A stretch of 64,000 bases of DNA from a virus (lineage: Duplodnaviria > Caudoviricetes). Below the pieces are notes generated by a model. It had not been told where the DNA came from and did no database searches. It saw only the letters and a list, made by a program, of their open reading frames with translations. Positions 9,511 through 19,336 of this stretch are shown piece by piece. The first letter of the stretch is position 1, and each line of letters starts with the position of its first letter. Where the stretch lies: IMG/VR virus record IMGVR_UViG_3300042695_000536, positions 1-64,000 of that record; one strand, given 5' to 3'. Position numbers and translations under genes: made by a program.

Positions 9511-10187
9511 AAAATATAAAATTAATTAACAACTTCATGTCTGAGGAAGACTCTTTGTTTTTAATAGACTGGATCGATAAAAATTCGGATGATGATTTAA
9601 AGTTTAAAAGTAGGGTCGGTATAGCCGTAAATAAAGGATTGGCATCTAGAGCAATATTCCCAGACCAAAAGCCCCCGTATTTGTTTAAAGATTTAGAGCC
9701 AATTATAAATAAGTATTCTAAAAAATTTATAGACATTGTTAAATCAGAATATAAAATAGATCAAGATTTATACTTTTATGGAGTTTCTATAACAAAACTA
9801 TCAAAAGATATACAGCTTAGAATACATCAGGACGTCCACAACGATTTCTCATCTTTAGTTTGGAGCTGTGTTATATACCTTAACGATAATTATTCAGACG
9901 GAGAAGTTGTTTTCTTGGAGAGCTTTGACGAAGCTGATTTCGAAGAATCTCCACATGCAGCGCGATACGGTAATACATTTTATTTATATAAAGATGGCGC
10001 AGGCGGTCTTGTGTGCAAGCCAAAAGCCTTGGACGCATTTGTTTTCCCAGCCGATCAATGGCACGGTGGCAGGATGATATCAGACGGAACTAAGTATGCT
10101 GTAATTCTATGGCTTGTTAAAGAAAAGGAATATGAATTTAAAGGTTTTGATTCTAGAGAAGTATTAAAAAATATATATAAGGATTGA
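9507..10187 (+). CDS. 2OG-Fe(II) oxygenase
   Basis: HQD; IYLNDNYSDGE; FP...WH. Confidence 0.85.
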   Translation: MKNIKLINNFMSEEDSLFLIDWIDKNSDDDLKFKSRVGIAVNKGLASRAIFPDQKPPYLFKDLEPIINKYSKKFIDIVKSEYKIDQDLYFYGVSITKLSKDIQLRIHQDVHNDFSSLVWSCVIYLNDNYSDGEVVFLESFDEADFEESPHAARYGNTFYLYKDGAGGLVCKPKALDAFVFPADQWHGGRMISDGTKYAVILWLVKEKEYEFKGFDSREVLKNIYKD

Positions 10188-10213
10188 CAGCTTTACCTAT
10201 AGTGCTGTATAAT
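10184..10213 (+). promoter_or_regulatory. sigma70-type promoter
   Basis: TTGACA-N18-TATAAT, leaderless ATG at 10220. Confidence 0.7.
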
Positions 10214-10219
10214 ATAGAT

Positions 10220-10381
10220 ATGAATAACTTTATTATATTTGCCGCAGCTATATTTGCAGTGTGTGCTTACGTGGGAATAAAACTTTATAGAGAAATGTCT
10301 GTAATTTTAGATGCAAAAAGAATACAAGAGCAGTTCAAAAAAGATAGCTTTTGGGAAACACAAGAATCTTTTGAGGAGTAA
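10220..10381 (+). CDS. small single-pass membrane protein
   Basis: MNNFIIFAAAIFAVCAYVGI hydrophobic N-terminus. Confidence 0.65.
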   Translation: MNNFIIFAAAIFAVCAYVGIKLYREMSVILDAKRIQEQFKKDSFWETQESFEE

Positions 10382-10387
10382 TAACAA

Positions 10388-10684
10388 ATGATTAAGCCAT
10401 TTGGCAACCTGTTGTTAGTAAAAGAAGATAAAGTTGAGGACCGAACCACAACGTCTGGCATAGTTCTTATGGCATCATTAAGTGAATCTAACCTTAGAAC
10501 TGGTAAGATTCTAGAAATGGGAAACGGAGAATATAACTATAAAGGCGAGCTCATTCCTATAACGGGCCTCAATGTTAATGATATAGTTTATTACAACCAA
10601 AATAGCGGAACAGATATTGAAGATACAGATGGAGAAAAGTACTTACTTTTAAATACAAAAAGTGTGCTTGCAATAAAAGGATAA
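10388..10684 (+). CDS. groES: co-chaperonin GroES
   Basis: MIKPFGNLLLVK, TTSGIVL mobile loop, G.G, VLA end. Confidence 0.9.
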   Translation: MIKPFGNLLLVKEDKVEDRTTTSGIVLMASLSESNLRTGKILEMGNGEYNYKGELIPITGLNVNDIVYYNQNSGTDIEDTDGEKYLLLNTKSVLAIKG

Positions 10685-10873
10685 GTGTTGCGTAAACAAT
10701 TTAAGTTTAAAACAATTTTAAAATCTGTCAATTTAACTGTTAAAACTAAGTGTCCAGAAAAGTGGCTTCTTGTAGATAGAGAAACTGGTCAGGTTTACCA
10801 GGGAAGCGAAAAAGGACATTGGAACAGACTTGATCCAGTGATTAAAGACACAATAAATAAAGAAATGCTATAA
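10685..10873 (+). CDS. hypothetical protein
   Basis: TKCPEKWLLVDRETGQVY. Confidence 0.6.
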   Translation: MLRKQFKFKTILKSVNLTVKTKCPEKWLLVDRETGQVYQGSEKGHWNRLDPVIKDTINKEML

Positions 10874-10880
10874 TTAATTC

Positions 10881-11681
10881 ATGACTACTCCAATAATTCA
10901 CGATATGCCTGGTGGCGTAATATACATTGAGAATGCATTTCCTAAATCTAAAGAGTTTTTAGATTTTGTGGAATCAAATGATCAAAACCCTGAAATTTTA
11001 AAAGTTTTTCCTTCATGGAGCACATGGATTAACGGTTATCCAGTTAGCTTAGATCCAAATGATTTGACAAAATGGGAACAGATATTCCCAGACAACGAGG
11101 GAGCTTTAGCGGGAGTTGCTAAACTGTTAGACTGGGACCTTTCTTATAATGAAAACAATGAATTTTGGCCCCGCAAAGACATTTCTAATTATGCTCAAGA
11201 AAGCAAAGCTCATCAATTGGCATTGCCAGCTATCAAAATGATAGAAGATGATTATATTAACGCTTTAAAAATTTGGTCAGAAAAGACAAACAATGATCTA
11301 CCGCATCACATAACCAGAAACTACTGTATTAGAAAGTATAGAATTGGTGGTTTCATGGGGCCACACATAGACAGAAACATTTTAAACCCAAAAAATTCTA
11401 TGGACTGGACATCTCTTATATACTTAAATGATGACTATGAAGGCGGAGAACTAGTGTTTGATCAGCTAGGATATTCAATAAAGCCTTCAGCTGGGAGCAT
11501 AGTTTTCCTTCCATGCTTGGTTTCTCATGAAGTTAGTGAAGTGATTTCTGGAAACAAAACTTATATATTTTTGTTTATGCATACTGGAACAGGAATAACT
11601 TCAGCTCTTGGAGAGCCTTACCAAAATATGGAAGAAAAGCTAATAAGTTTTAATAACAATAATACTATTGACAACATTTAG
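10881..11681 (+). CDS. 2OG-Fe(II) oxygenase, P4Hc-like
   Basis: MGPHID; IYLNDDYEGGELVF; KPSAGS; HEV. Confidence 0.88.
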   Translation: MTTPIIHDMPGGVIYIENAFPKSKEFLDFVESNDQNPEILKVFPSWSTWINGYPVSLDPNDLTKWEQIFPDNEGALAGVAKLLDWDLSYNENNEFWPRKDISNYAQESKAHQLALPAIKMIEDDYINALKIWSEKTNNDLPHHITRNYCIRKYRIGGFMGPHIDRNILNPKNSMDWTSLIYLNDDYEGGELVFDQLGYSIKPSAGSIVFLPCLVSHEVSEVISGNKTYIFLFMHTGTGITSALGEPYQNMEEKLISFNNNNTIDNI

Positions 11682-11929
11682 TTCATGTTATATAATGAAC
11701 TATAATGATAAATAAAATAATTTGTCGCATCAAGGGACACATTCTCGTAGCAGCAGGCTCATGCCCATATACAGGATCAACTTATCAGTACTGCGAGAGA
11801 TGCAGATTAATGATACCAATTCAGGCGGCGCAATGAAAGAGCCTAAGATAATGAAAATGGACTGGCGTCCTTTAGGATATTGGCCAGTATATAAAGATGG
11901 AAAGCTTACATGGGAAAAGGATCCAAAAG

Positions 11930-12196
11930 ATGATTGAATGGATAGCAAGGCGCATATTTAGCTGGACCAATCTCAGAGAATATATTTTTGATGAAGTTCA
12001 CCTTTATGATCATTTAGATACAATTGTTAATGACCCAGAAGGAATGAAGATTGCATCATGTAGCTGGATGGAAGGCGACATGTGGTATGGCTGGAACTAC
12101 GATAGTAACGCTAAGCGTTACTACTTTGATGACATTGGCAATAAGTCCCTCATTGGATTGTGGGAAGATCAATGGTTAAAAAAGGAAGATGCCTAA
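11930..12196 (+). CDS. hypothetical protein
   Basis: Trp/Tyr-rich ORF; start coupled to the short ORF 11833-11937. Confidence 0.55.
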   Translation: MIEWIARRIFSWTNLREYIFDEVHLYDHLDTIVNDPEGMKIASCSWMEGDMWYGWNYDSNAKRYYFDDIGNKSLIGLWEDQWLKKEDA

Positions 12197-12321
12197 ACAT
12201 TGGGAGGATAAATCTCAATGGATCACCAACTGTCCAATATGCTATTGTGCAGTAACACATCAACTAAGAGATTATCATATTCAGTATCATGAAAATCAAA
12301 TAAGAATGGCAATCCCAATAG

Positions 12322-12693
12322 ATGAAGTATAAGAAATTAAAGATATTATTAAAGCCGTATAAGGCACAATTTGATAGATCACCAAGACACATAAAGGTTA
12401 TTTCTATCTTGTGTGTTGTCTGGCTGGCTTCACCAATTGACCCATTCGATATACTTTTCCCTTGGGCTGCATTTACCGATGATATATTTATTGCAGGTGT
12501 CCTTCTTAAAATGCTTTATAAATACGGCGGGCTGCCAGAAGATAAGGTTATCACCCCAGTTGAGCTACTGAAGAATCTGTTTGGAAAAGATAAAGAGCAT
12601 AAGCATACAGCAATGACATACGAAGAGCTTGCAATTTCAGCTAAAATATACTTAGAGCAAGTGTCAGAAGATAAATCTAAGAATATGATATAA
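12322..12693 (+). CDS. YkvA/DUF1232-like membrane protein
   Basis: WLASPID...DD motif. Confidence 0.7.
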   Translation: MKYKKLKILLKPYKAQFDRSPRHIKVISILCVVWLASPIDPFDILFPWAAFTDDIFIAGVLLKMLYKYGGLPEDKVITPVELLKNLFGKDKEHKHTAMTYEELAISAKIYLEQVSEDKSKNMI

Positions 12694-12694
12694 T

Positions 12695-12928
12695 ATGATT
12701 ATGGACAATAATGATATTAATTTAACAGATGAAGAGATCTCAAAGGGATATGAATCAGATAACCCAGATGAAGATAAATGGGACAACCTAGAAAAGGCTT
12801 GCTGGAGCGGATACAAGCAGGTTGGTATGAAAGATAAGGGCGGAAAGAAAGTCCCTAACTGTGTACCAGTAAAGAAGTCTCTATTCGGCACAGAAGGACC
12901 ACAGAGCCTCATCCCAAGGAATAAGTAG
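12695..12928 (+). CDS. small protein with CW.GY..VG.K.KGG..VPNCVP motif
   Basis: Acidic N-terminus followed by a Cys-bounded motif. Confidence 0.65.
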   Translation: MIMDNNDINLTDEEISKGYESDNPDEDKWDNLEKACWSGYKQVGMKDKGGKKVPNCVPVKKSLFGTEGPQSLIPRNK

Positions 12929-13180
12929 CATGGGCATACTAGATAACCTTGAAGCCTATTTAGAGGCGGAAGAGCCAGAAAAATGTTATTACTGCACTAA
13001 AGCAGCTAAGTATAATGATTTAGCAGAAGTAGATACATGTAGATATGATGTAGTAGGCGTATGTGAATGCCATTCATTTAAAGGATTAAGCTCATAATAT
13101 AATCTAATATTGACCGAAAAGTGAAGTCGAAAAGTAGAGACCCCCTTGTCAGTACCTGACATAAATGCTATACTAAATAC

Positions 13181-13393
13181 ATGTTGCAGAGTTTAGAGAT
13201 ACCTGATCCATTTACTGCTTTTCGTATAGCAAAATACGCAAAACAAAAATATGGTGCTAGATATGACTTCTTTAGCGGTGAATGGGATATGGAATGCGGT
13301 GCATGCCAAGAGCCATTAAACGCTCCAACTAAAAAGATATTGACTAAGATCAGGCTATATCATACTCGTAATGAATGTCTTGGTGGATACTGA
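13181..13393 (+). CDS. zinc-finger-like protein
   Basis: CGAC...H...C; leaderless after TGCTATACT. Confidence 0.65.
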   Translation: MLQSLEIPDPFTAFRIAKYAKQKYGARYDFFSGEWDMECGACQEPLNAPTKKILTKIRLYHTRNECLGGY

Positions 13394-13538
13394 TGAGCGA
13401 TATTGATCCTGACAGATCAATGCGTCTTAAATTAGTTATAGAAGAGATGCTTAAAGATATTGATATGAGCGGTGAAAAGTGGAATGATCGTGATAAAAAC
13501 GGGATCCCGTATTGGGAAAAAGAACGGGGTGACAAATA

Positions 13539-13766
13539 ATGTGGTCATGGGTATTAGCTATTATAGGTGTAACAGGCATATTCTTTGTTGGTCGAAAGAC
13601 AATATGGGGATGGTGGGTTTTATTATTTAATGAGGCTTTGTGGATAGCATATGCCCTAATAACAAAGCAATATGGATTTATAGCCTCAGCAATAGCATAT
13701 GCAGCAGTTTATATTAGATCTTACATACACTGGTCGAAAGAGCCAGTAAATGAGATTCATCTATGA
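13539..13766 (+). CDS. small membrane protein, PnuC-like fragment
   Basis: Three hydrophobic Trp-rich segments. Confidence 0.6.
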   Translation: MWSWVLAIIGVTGIFFVGRKTIWGWWVLLFNEALWIAYALITKQYGFIASAIAYAAVYIRSYIHWSKEPVNEIHL

Positions 13767-14815
13767 ACAACGAAACAATTTATATATCTATAGCAGCATG
13801 CAAAGAAGAGTTTTTAGTTCAAACAATCAAAAGCGCACTAGCTAACGCAGACAATCCAGACCTATTGTATTTTGGAATAGCCAATATGGTTATAGATCAA
13901 AAAGACTTTTTGTCAGATCCAATATTTAATCATCCCAGACTAACCTATGTAGATATAAAGCATGAGCGCCCACTAGGCACTGGTATTGGTAGGATGATGG
14001 CCTCTATTATAAATTATAGAGACCATGAGTATTTGCTGCAAGTTGACGCACACAATGTTTTTGAAAAAGGATGGGACACTACCCTAAAGCAACACTATAA
14101 CGATCTGTTAAAGATTTGTGATAAGCCTATCATATCTACAAATCCTCTTAGATGGATAGATGGACCAAACAAAGAAGTATTTTTGCATAACAATTTGAGG
14201 GGTATGGCGGTAGACCCACTTGATTTTAAAACTGATGAAAATTTTGGTTCATTAAAAATACAGGTTATTTCCATAAATGCTTCCTCGTATGCAAACGCTC
14301 AAGTACCAAGCGAAGAAATGATGGATTATGCTTTTATTGAGGGTTGTCATGTGGATTGGCAAGAGGGTCAAGATTTTGTTGAGCACGGACTGATATTTGC
14401 TTCATTTATGTTTACAAAATTTGGTTTTACTCGTGAGCTGATGCATGATCCAGCAAACCCTTTCAACGGTGATCAAATTAATCTATCTTTTAGAGCGGGC
14501 ACTAGAGGATACAGAATGTTCTCAATCAAGAAGTGTATAATGTGGTCTAAAGACAAGTTTAACGATGGTAAGCTTTTGTCTGACGATGACTGGAGAACTC
14601 TTGATAGAGGCAAAATTGGAAAATTTAACGAAGTTAACTCTCAATTTGATCAAACTGAAATATTTTCTGGGGAATACCTAGGATATTGGGGAGCACCAAA
14701 CAAGGAATCAATTGCTGAGTATTATAATAAGATAGGGATAGATTTATCTAAATACTTTATATCAAAGAGAGAATACCTGGTTGGAAAAGGTGAGGGCGGG
14801 GGAACCAATGGATAA
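13763..14815 (+). CDS. glycosyltransferase, Gnt1-like (hydroxyproline GlcNAc-transferase, GT60-type)
   Basis: TIYISIAA; L.QTIKSAL.NA.NP..L.FGI; YLLQVDAH..F..GWD; F.GDQ..LS.RA.T.GY. Confidence 0.75.
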   Translation: MNNETIYISIAACKEEFLVQTIKSALANADNPDLLYFGIANMVIDQKDFLSDPIFNHPRLTYVDIKHERPLGTGIGRMMASIINYRDHEYLLQVDAHNVFEKGWDTTLKQHYNDLLKICDKPIISTNPLRWIDGPNKEVFLHNNLRGMAVDPLDFKTDENFGSLKIQVISINASSYANAQVPSEEMMDYAFIEGCHVDWQEGQDFVEHGLIFASFMFTKFGFTRELMHDPANPFNGDQINLSFRAGTRGYRMFSIKKCIMWSKDKFNDGKLLSDDDWRTLDRGKIGKFNEVNSQFDQTEIFSGEYLGYWGAPNKESIAEYYNKIGIDLSKYFISKREYLVGKGEGGGTNG

Positions 14816-15015
14816 GTTTCAATCATCCTATGAGAAGTATGTAAATACAGAGCCATATAAGGTAGCATGTACTCAATGTAAGCAACTCTATGTCAAGCAA
14901 GATGATGACCCATTTATATGCCTTACATGCTCAGCAAAATGAGTGACAGCCCTACCCCATATCTTTAAGGCGGGGGAGACAAAGGAGTATAATAGTACTA
15001 TAGGGATAAACATCC

Positions 15016-15225
15016 TTGGTTACTAGAGAAAGATATAACATGAGTACTCCAATGTGCAAGACATGTTCAATAGAGACAAATAAGGCAGCATGGGCTAAAT
15101 ACCCAGATATGCTCGATCTCTGCAAAATGTGCAAATCCTTTCAACAATCAATTGAACATACCATAGATGCAGCAGATAAGGTGCGAAAGAAAGCTGCACA
15201 AATAGGCAGACAATTAGAGTCTTAA
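15016..15225 (+). CDS. small Cys-motif protein
   Basis: CKTC...CKMC; likely start ATG 15040. Confidence 0.5.
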   Translation: MVTRERYNMSTPMCKTCSIETNKAAWAKYPDMLDLCKMCKSFQQSIEHTIDAADKVRKKAAQIGRQLES

Positions 15226-15292
15226 AAGCTCTTACCCATTATATCCCCCCTCCTTTTATCTCCCTTGTATCAGCCTCCTAGAGGCTTATTTA

Positions 15293-15318
15293 GTGGAGTA
15301 TTGTGGAGTAAAGTGGAG
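15293..15318 (+). promoter_or_regulatory. MraZ-type binding repeat
   Basis: GTGGAG-N4-GTGGAG-N4-GTGGAG. Confidence 0.55.
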
Positions 15319-15716
15319 AATCATACTATCAATTTAGATCCAAATACTATCATTATATATAGTTAAACATATCTATGTAATGGAACGTTACCATTTGATG
15401 GGTCATAATGTCAATAGGGCCTATATAAAGCATATTGGCCAATATTTGTCAATAGATATTCCAGGAAATTTTTTTATTTGTTCGTAAAGAGCAATTTTGG
15501 CCCATATTTATGGCAAAAAATTATGTCTAATTCTGTATAATTTGTCTCATATAATGAGATATTCTATACAGATTTTGACAGATTTTATTCAATATGCATA
15601 CAAATTCCAGCGTATTTTTACATGCGTCGTAAAGAAGAAATTTGGCCCATAAGATGGGCATACAAAAATGGGACATATAGCTAATTAAAGCCATATGCCC
15701 CATAGGGGAAGTTATA

Positions 15717-16061
15717 TTAGAATGAATCTAGATCCATTATGTATTTGCTATCTCTTACTCTTGTTTCTTCAAGGGATTTAATAGTTAGGTTTCTATCCAC
15801 CGCCCCGTATTTTGCCTCAATCATATCGTTGAGAGCATCAGCCAGAAGCAATCCTTCGGATGTGTATCCCTTGTCCCATTCTGACTTTAATCTAAGGGAA
15901 TTGTATTGGATAATATATCTAACTAGTTCCATTAGCCTGTCTTGGGTGTATAAGGTATGTTCAGTTGTTAATACATTTGCCATTACGGCAGGGGAGAAGT
16001 TAGCATTGTTTAGATAGTCTGTTAGTTTTTCTGCTGCTTTGAATTCGTTCGCTTTAGCCAT
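15717..16061 (-). CDS. hypothetical early protein
   Basis: AACGAAAGG RBS; promoter at 16083-16104. Confidence 0.8.
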   Translation of the reverse strand: MAKANEFKAAEKLTDYLNNANFSPAVMANVLTTEHTLYTQDRLMELVRYIIQYNSLRLKSEWDKGYTSEGLLLADALNDMIEAKYGAVDRNLTIKSLEETRVRDSKYIMDLDSF

Positions 16062-16175
16062 TGAGTTCCGCCTTTCGTTTTGATTATACCATTGACCACT
16101 GACATTTGTAAATGAAGCGAGGTTCCTCCCCTTTCCCGTTTTCCCACAGAGAGGAGGAACCCCACACTTAGTTTA

Positions 16176-16328
16176 TTACTTGACGTTCTTCTTGTCTGTG
16201 AAGACTACGCCCTCTTGTGCTGCCTTGCTGATAACGCCTAGAGCTGCAGCTGAAAAGCGGCCACGCTTGCCCACAGAAATTCCCTGGGTCTTGAGGTACT
16301 CACGAGTTGTTGTTGGTGTTGATGTCAT
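16176..16328 (-). CDS. Lsr2-like DNA-binding domain protein, 50 aa
   Basis: TREYLKTQGISVGKRGRFS parallels the Lsr2 C-domain IREWA...G..VS.RGRI; GAAAGGA RBS. Confidence 0.7.
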   Translation of the reverse strand: MTSTPTTTREYLKTQGISVGKRGRFSAAALGVISKAAQEGVVFTDKKNVK

Positions 16329-16474
16329 TTGTTTGATCCTTTCTAGATCTTTGTTATATATATTATATCCGAATTTCGGCGATTTGTAAATAGGTGCCGT
16401 AAAGCAAAATTTTTGCCCGTGCCCTTAGATTATGACCGTTATGTCCGAATTGTCCATAACGGCCCAACCTATCT

Positions 16475-16657
16475 TTATTCAGTTGTTAGTTCTTCTACTT
16501 GGTATGGCTCTATCTTATCTTTACGATTGGCACCCTTTTGCCATTCTTTCTTAGGTGCGGCTACTGCCTTGTACCATGCCTCATCGCTGTCCTTGGCTTC
16601 TACTACAATGTAAAATTCCTGAATGGTGTCGCCATATACTTTAAACTGTTTAGTCAT
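16475..16657 (-). CDS. hypothetical protein
   Basis: VEAKDSDEAW.KA motif common in small phage proteins. Confidence 0.7.
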   Translation of the reverse strand: MTKQFKVYGDTIQEFYIVVEAKDSDEAWYKAVAAPKKEWQKGANRKDKIEPYQVEELTTE

Positions 16658-16783
16658 AGTTCCACCTGTTCTATCTTGTCTTTAATTAGTTTAGCAATGA
16701 TGTTGTGTGCCTCGATGTTTTCTGTTTCGGACCCACCCCACAAAAGCTTTTGGGCTTTACTAAGTTGATCGTTTAAGTACTTA

Positions 16784-17116
16784 TCACTCATCTTCATCTT
16801 CGTCGTCCTCCTCTTCTTCATCTTCCTCAAACATTGTGTCCACAATGTATTCACGATTCATCATCCATTCAAGGACATCTTCGTTGTGCTGTTCGGCACC
16901 GTACTCCAGAGAGAACCCCATACCAGCCTCCACAGCCTCACAGAGGTGGCCCCACATGTCATCTAGGGTGCAGTTCTGCTTGTAGGTCTCATCCTCAAAT
17001 ATGTTGTTAATTGTTGACCAAGTCCACAACCAAACTAATGATAGACCTAGGTCAGTGCTGTCTAGAATCTCTAAACACTTGTTTAGTTTATCTTTATCGT
17101 CAGGCTTCATTAGCAA
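16784..17116 (-). CDS. acidic hypothetical protein
   Basis: Overlapping-gene operon; poly-acidic tail. Confidence 0.7.
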   Translation of the reverse strand: MLMKPDDKDKLNKCLEILDSTDLGLSLVWLWTWSTINNIFEDETYKQNCTLDDMWGHLCEAVEAGMGFSLEYGAEQHNEDVLEWMMNREYIVDTMFEEDEEEEDDEDEDE

Positions 17117-17390
17117 ACTCCAAATCTATTCTTGATTGAATTGCAAATGATAGTTCATATGTTAGTTGATATAGTTCGACTAGAGTATCTAGTCGTCCTT
17201 CACATTCTGTTCGGACCATAGAATCCATTGCCTCTTCAGACAACTCCTCCTGTGCTAATGCGTCCTTTAAATCTTGCTCGGCAATTAGCATTAAGTTCTT
17301 TAGTTCTCCGTGCATTATATCTAATCCGCTAACACCCGCATTAACCAAACGCTGTAGGTGCGGAGGGAGCCCAATGTCTTCTTGATTCAT
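17100..17390 (-). CDS. hypothetical protein
   Basis: Coupled operon gene. Confidence 0.7.
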   Translation of the reverse strand: MNQEDIGLPPHLQRLVNAGVSGLDIMHGELKNLMLIAEQDLKDALAQEELSEEAMDSMVRTECEGRLDTLVELYQLTYELSFAIQSRIDLEFANEA

Positions 17391-17593
17391 TATATTACCT
17401 CATAGTTCACTAGTGTTGATTCATTTAAGTTGTTTGCCCAATCAGGCTTTCCTTCTACCCAATCATATTCAATATCGATATCTCCTCCGCCTTCGGCAGG
17501 AGCACCAATTGTGATTACCAATTCTGTCCCGTCCTCAAAAAATATTTGTTCAACGGCGGAACGATAAGTAACTTCTCTAGATGATATGTTCAT
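17390..17593 (-). CDS. hypothetical protein
   Basis: AACGAAAGG RBS; promoter 17618-17639. Confidence 0.7.
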   Translation of the reverse strand: MNISSREVTYRSAVEQIFFEDGTELVITIGAPAEGGGDIDIEYDWVEGKPDWANNLNESTLVNYEVI

Positions 17594-17835
17594 TAATATA
17601 CCCTTTCGTTATCAATCATTATATCAGTAGCCACTGACAAAATATGTTCCATAGTATCAATGGCACCCATATAATAACTATCTGATTCGAAGTATTCATC
17701 TTCAGGAATAGGAATATTATTTCTAGCATCTTCTAAATCTTGTTCTAAACTAATCTTATGTATCTTTAGATACTCCATAAAATGTGATGACTTAGTCAAA
17801 ATAACCCTCCGCCCAAAGCCCCTGGAGGAAGTCAT
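17593..17835 (-). CDS. hypothetical protein
   Basis: YYMGAID motif; true start probably downstream of the one listed. Confidence 0.6.
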   Translation of the reverse strand: MTSSRGFGRRVILTKSSHFMEYLKIHKISLEQDLEDARNNIPIPEDEYFESDSYYMGAIDTMEHILSVATDIMIDNERVY

Positions 17836-18101
17836 TTGTTTTTAACAAGCCTTCATTTAATATTGACTTGTCCATTAAATCGGACGGGGTTCTAAGATAA
17901 AATAACTTAGCATCATGTACTGAGTTAATCATCTCATCAAGATCATCTTTAGTATAACCTAGCATTCTATTGCCTCCATATATTTAATCATAGTATTAAG
18001 TGTTATATGAATGTGACAATCACAATCATCTGATGTATCTCTATCATCAAAATGGATTAAGTTGTCATCATAGATATAATCAATTAGTTCTTGGCTGGTA
18101 A

Positions 18102-18314
18102 TCATAGGAGGAATTCATCTCCTTCAATATAACCATAGTACTCATTGTATGATTGTTTTAAGTTATCAGGAGCAAATTGCATGAACATATATTCAGCATA
18201 ATCGCTGCCCTCATCTAAATTTTTGCTGTTCCATTGTTCAAAGAGATGTTGCTCAATATCTACTTGAATTGCTCCAAGGATATGTTCTCCTACTGTATCT
18301 GTAAATGCTTCCAT
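18102..18314 (-). CDS. acidic hypothetical protein
   Basis: Coupled to upstream gene, GGAAG RBS. Confidence 0.7.
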   Translation of the reverse strand: MEAFTDTVGEHILGAIQVDIEQHLFEQWNSKNLDEGSDYAEYMFMQFAPDNLKQSYNEYYGYIEGDEFLL

Positions 18315-19048
18315 TATGCTTCCGCCTTTCTATATTCGGGTACTTTAGTGTCTAAGTATATCTTATGGGTCTGACAAATTGCTACAGCCTCTAGGTCAGC
18401 ATTGCCTAGCCAGTTGCAGTTGCCACAGATTTCACCGCAGTCATTGTCGCAGTATTCCATTTGGTCAGTTGCATCACAATCACGGCACATGTTATCGTAT
18501 TCTGATTCTGATATAACTTCTCCACGGAGGAATTCCATTTCCCCACCCCAACCTGTTTCTTCTTCATATGATAAAGTAAATAGTAGTGTTGGGTATTGTG
18601 CAGATAGTTTAGAGATAGCACCAAGAGGTCGTGACCATGCAGTGTTAAAGTTGTAATGAACTACATAGTTCTCACCGTTTTCTGCTTCTTCAATAGTTGT
18701 ATCAGGATACTTATTACCCTCGGCTACAGCAACATCCCACTTGGTTCCCCACTCACGCACATTAAAGTTGTACCAGTCATTGGTCTCAAACTTCATTGCC
18801 TGAGAAAAGTCGGTGGAACGAGGAGGCTGTCCATGATATACCTCATCAGTAATACCAGCATCTCTATAGTTATAGATATTATGAAAAGCAAAGATAGGAT
18901 TAACATACTTAGTCTGCTTGACATCATATGATAAATCACCTACTGCAGTAATAGAATAAACAAATGGCTTATTCATTTGTTTGATTAGAGATTTTACTTG
19001 CTCAGGATTACCTTCAATAGTTAATCCATTAAATACCCAATTTGGCAT
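18314..19048 (-). CDS. DUF1281/YubB (Api92-like) protein with Cys-rich tail
   Basis: MPNWVFN.L.I.G; WY.FN...WGTKWD; F.TAWS.P; YEE; start after AACGAAAGG. Confidence 0.8.
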   Translation of the reverse strand: MPNWVFNGLTIEGNPEQVKSLIKQMNKPFVYSITAVGDLSYDVKQTKYVNPIFAFHNIYNYRDAGITDEVYHGQPPRSTDFSQAMKFETNDWYNFNVREWGTKWDVAVAEGNKYPDTTIEEAENGENYVVHYNFNTAWSRPLGAISKLSAQYPTLLFTLSYEEETGWGGEMEFLRGEVISESEYDNMCRDCDATDQMEYCDNDCGEICGNCNWLGNADLEAVAICQTHKIYLDTKVPEYRKAEA

Positions 19049-19228
19049 TTTATATCCTTTCGTTGATATGTTCCAATTATACAATGGACCACTGACATTT
19101 GGAATAGCAAATAGGTGTGTTTCACACCACATTTTCCAAGCTATGTGGTCAAGATCACACAAATTCCTGGGAAAATTAACTTGACGTCGTAAAACAAACA
19201 TGCTACCCTCAAGTCTTTGCGGGCAATA

Positions 19229-19254
19229 GAAAACCCCCAGCTATGCTGGGGGTT
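19229..19254 (-). terminator. intrinsic terminator
   Basis: AACCCCCAGC-ATA-GCTGGGGGTT followed by T-run on - strand. Confidence 0.75.
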
Positions 19255-19260
19255 ATGAAT

Positions 19261-19336
19261 ATGGCTGCTGATTTCCAACGAAAGAAATAAACCGCTTTAC
19301 TTAGCGCCTGGCCCTAAAGACTAATAGACGCACCAT
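19261..19336 (-). ncRNA. candidate structured RNA (three-way junction)
   Basis: Stems ATGGT/GCCAT, GCGTCT/AGGCGC, ATTTC/GAAAT between a stop codon and a terminator. Confidence 0.3.

Noticed and set aside
13147-13174. PafBC-type promoter on the + strand
   Set aside because: TGTCAG is part of the palindrome TGTCAGTACCTGACA and lies 16 nt, not 10, from TATACT; the TGTCAG at 53543 also lacks a -10 at N10
19049-19201. N-terminal extensions of ORF-track genes at 18314, 21209 and 27450
   Set aside because: The extensions run through promoter and operator cassettes; the real starts follow the AACGAAAGG RBS
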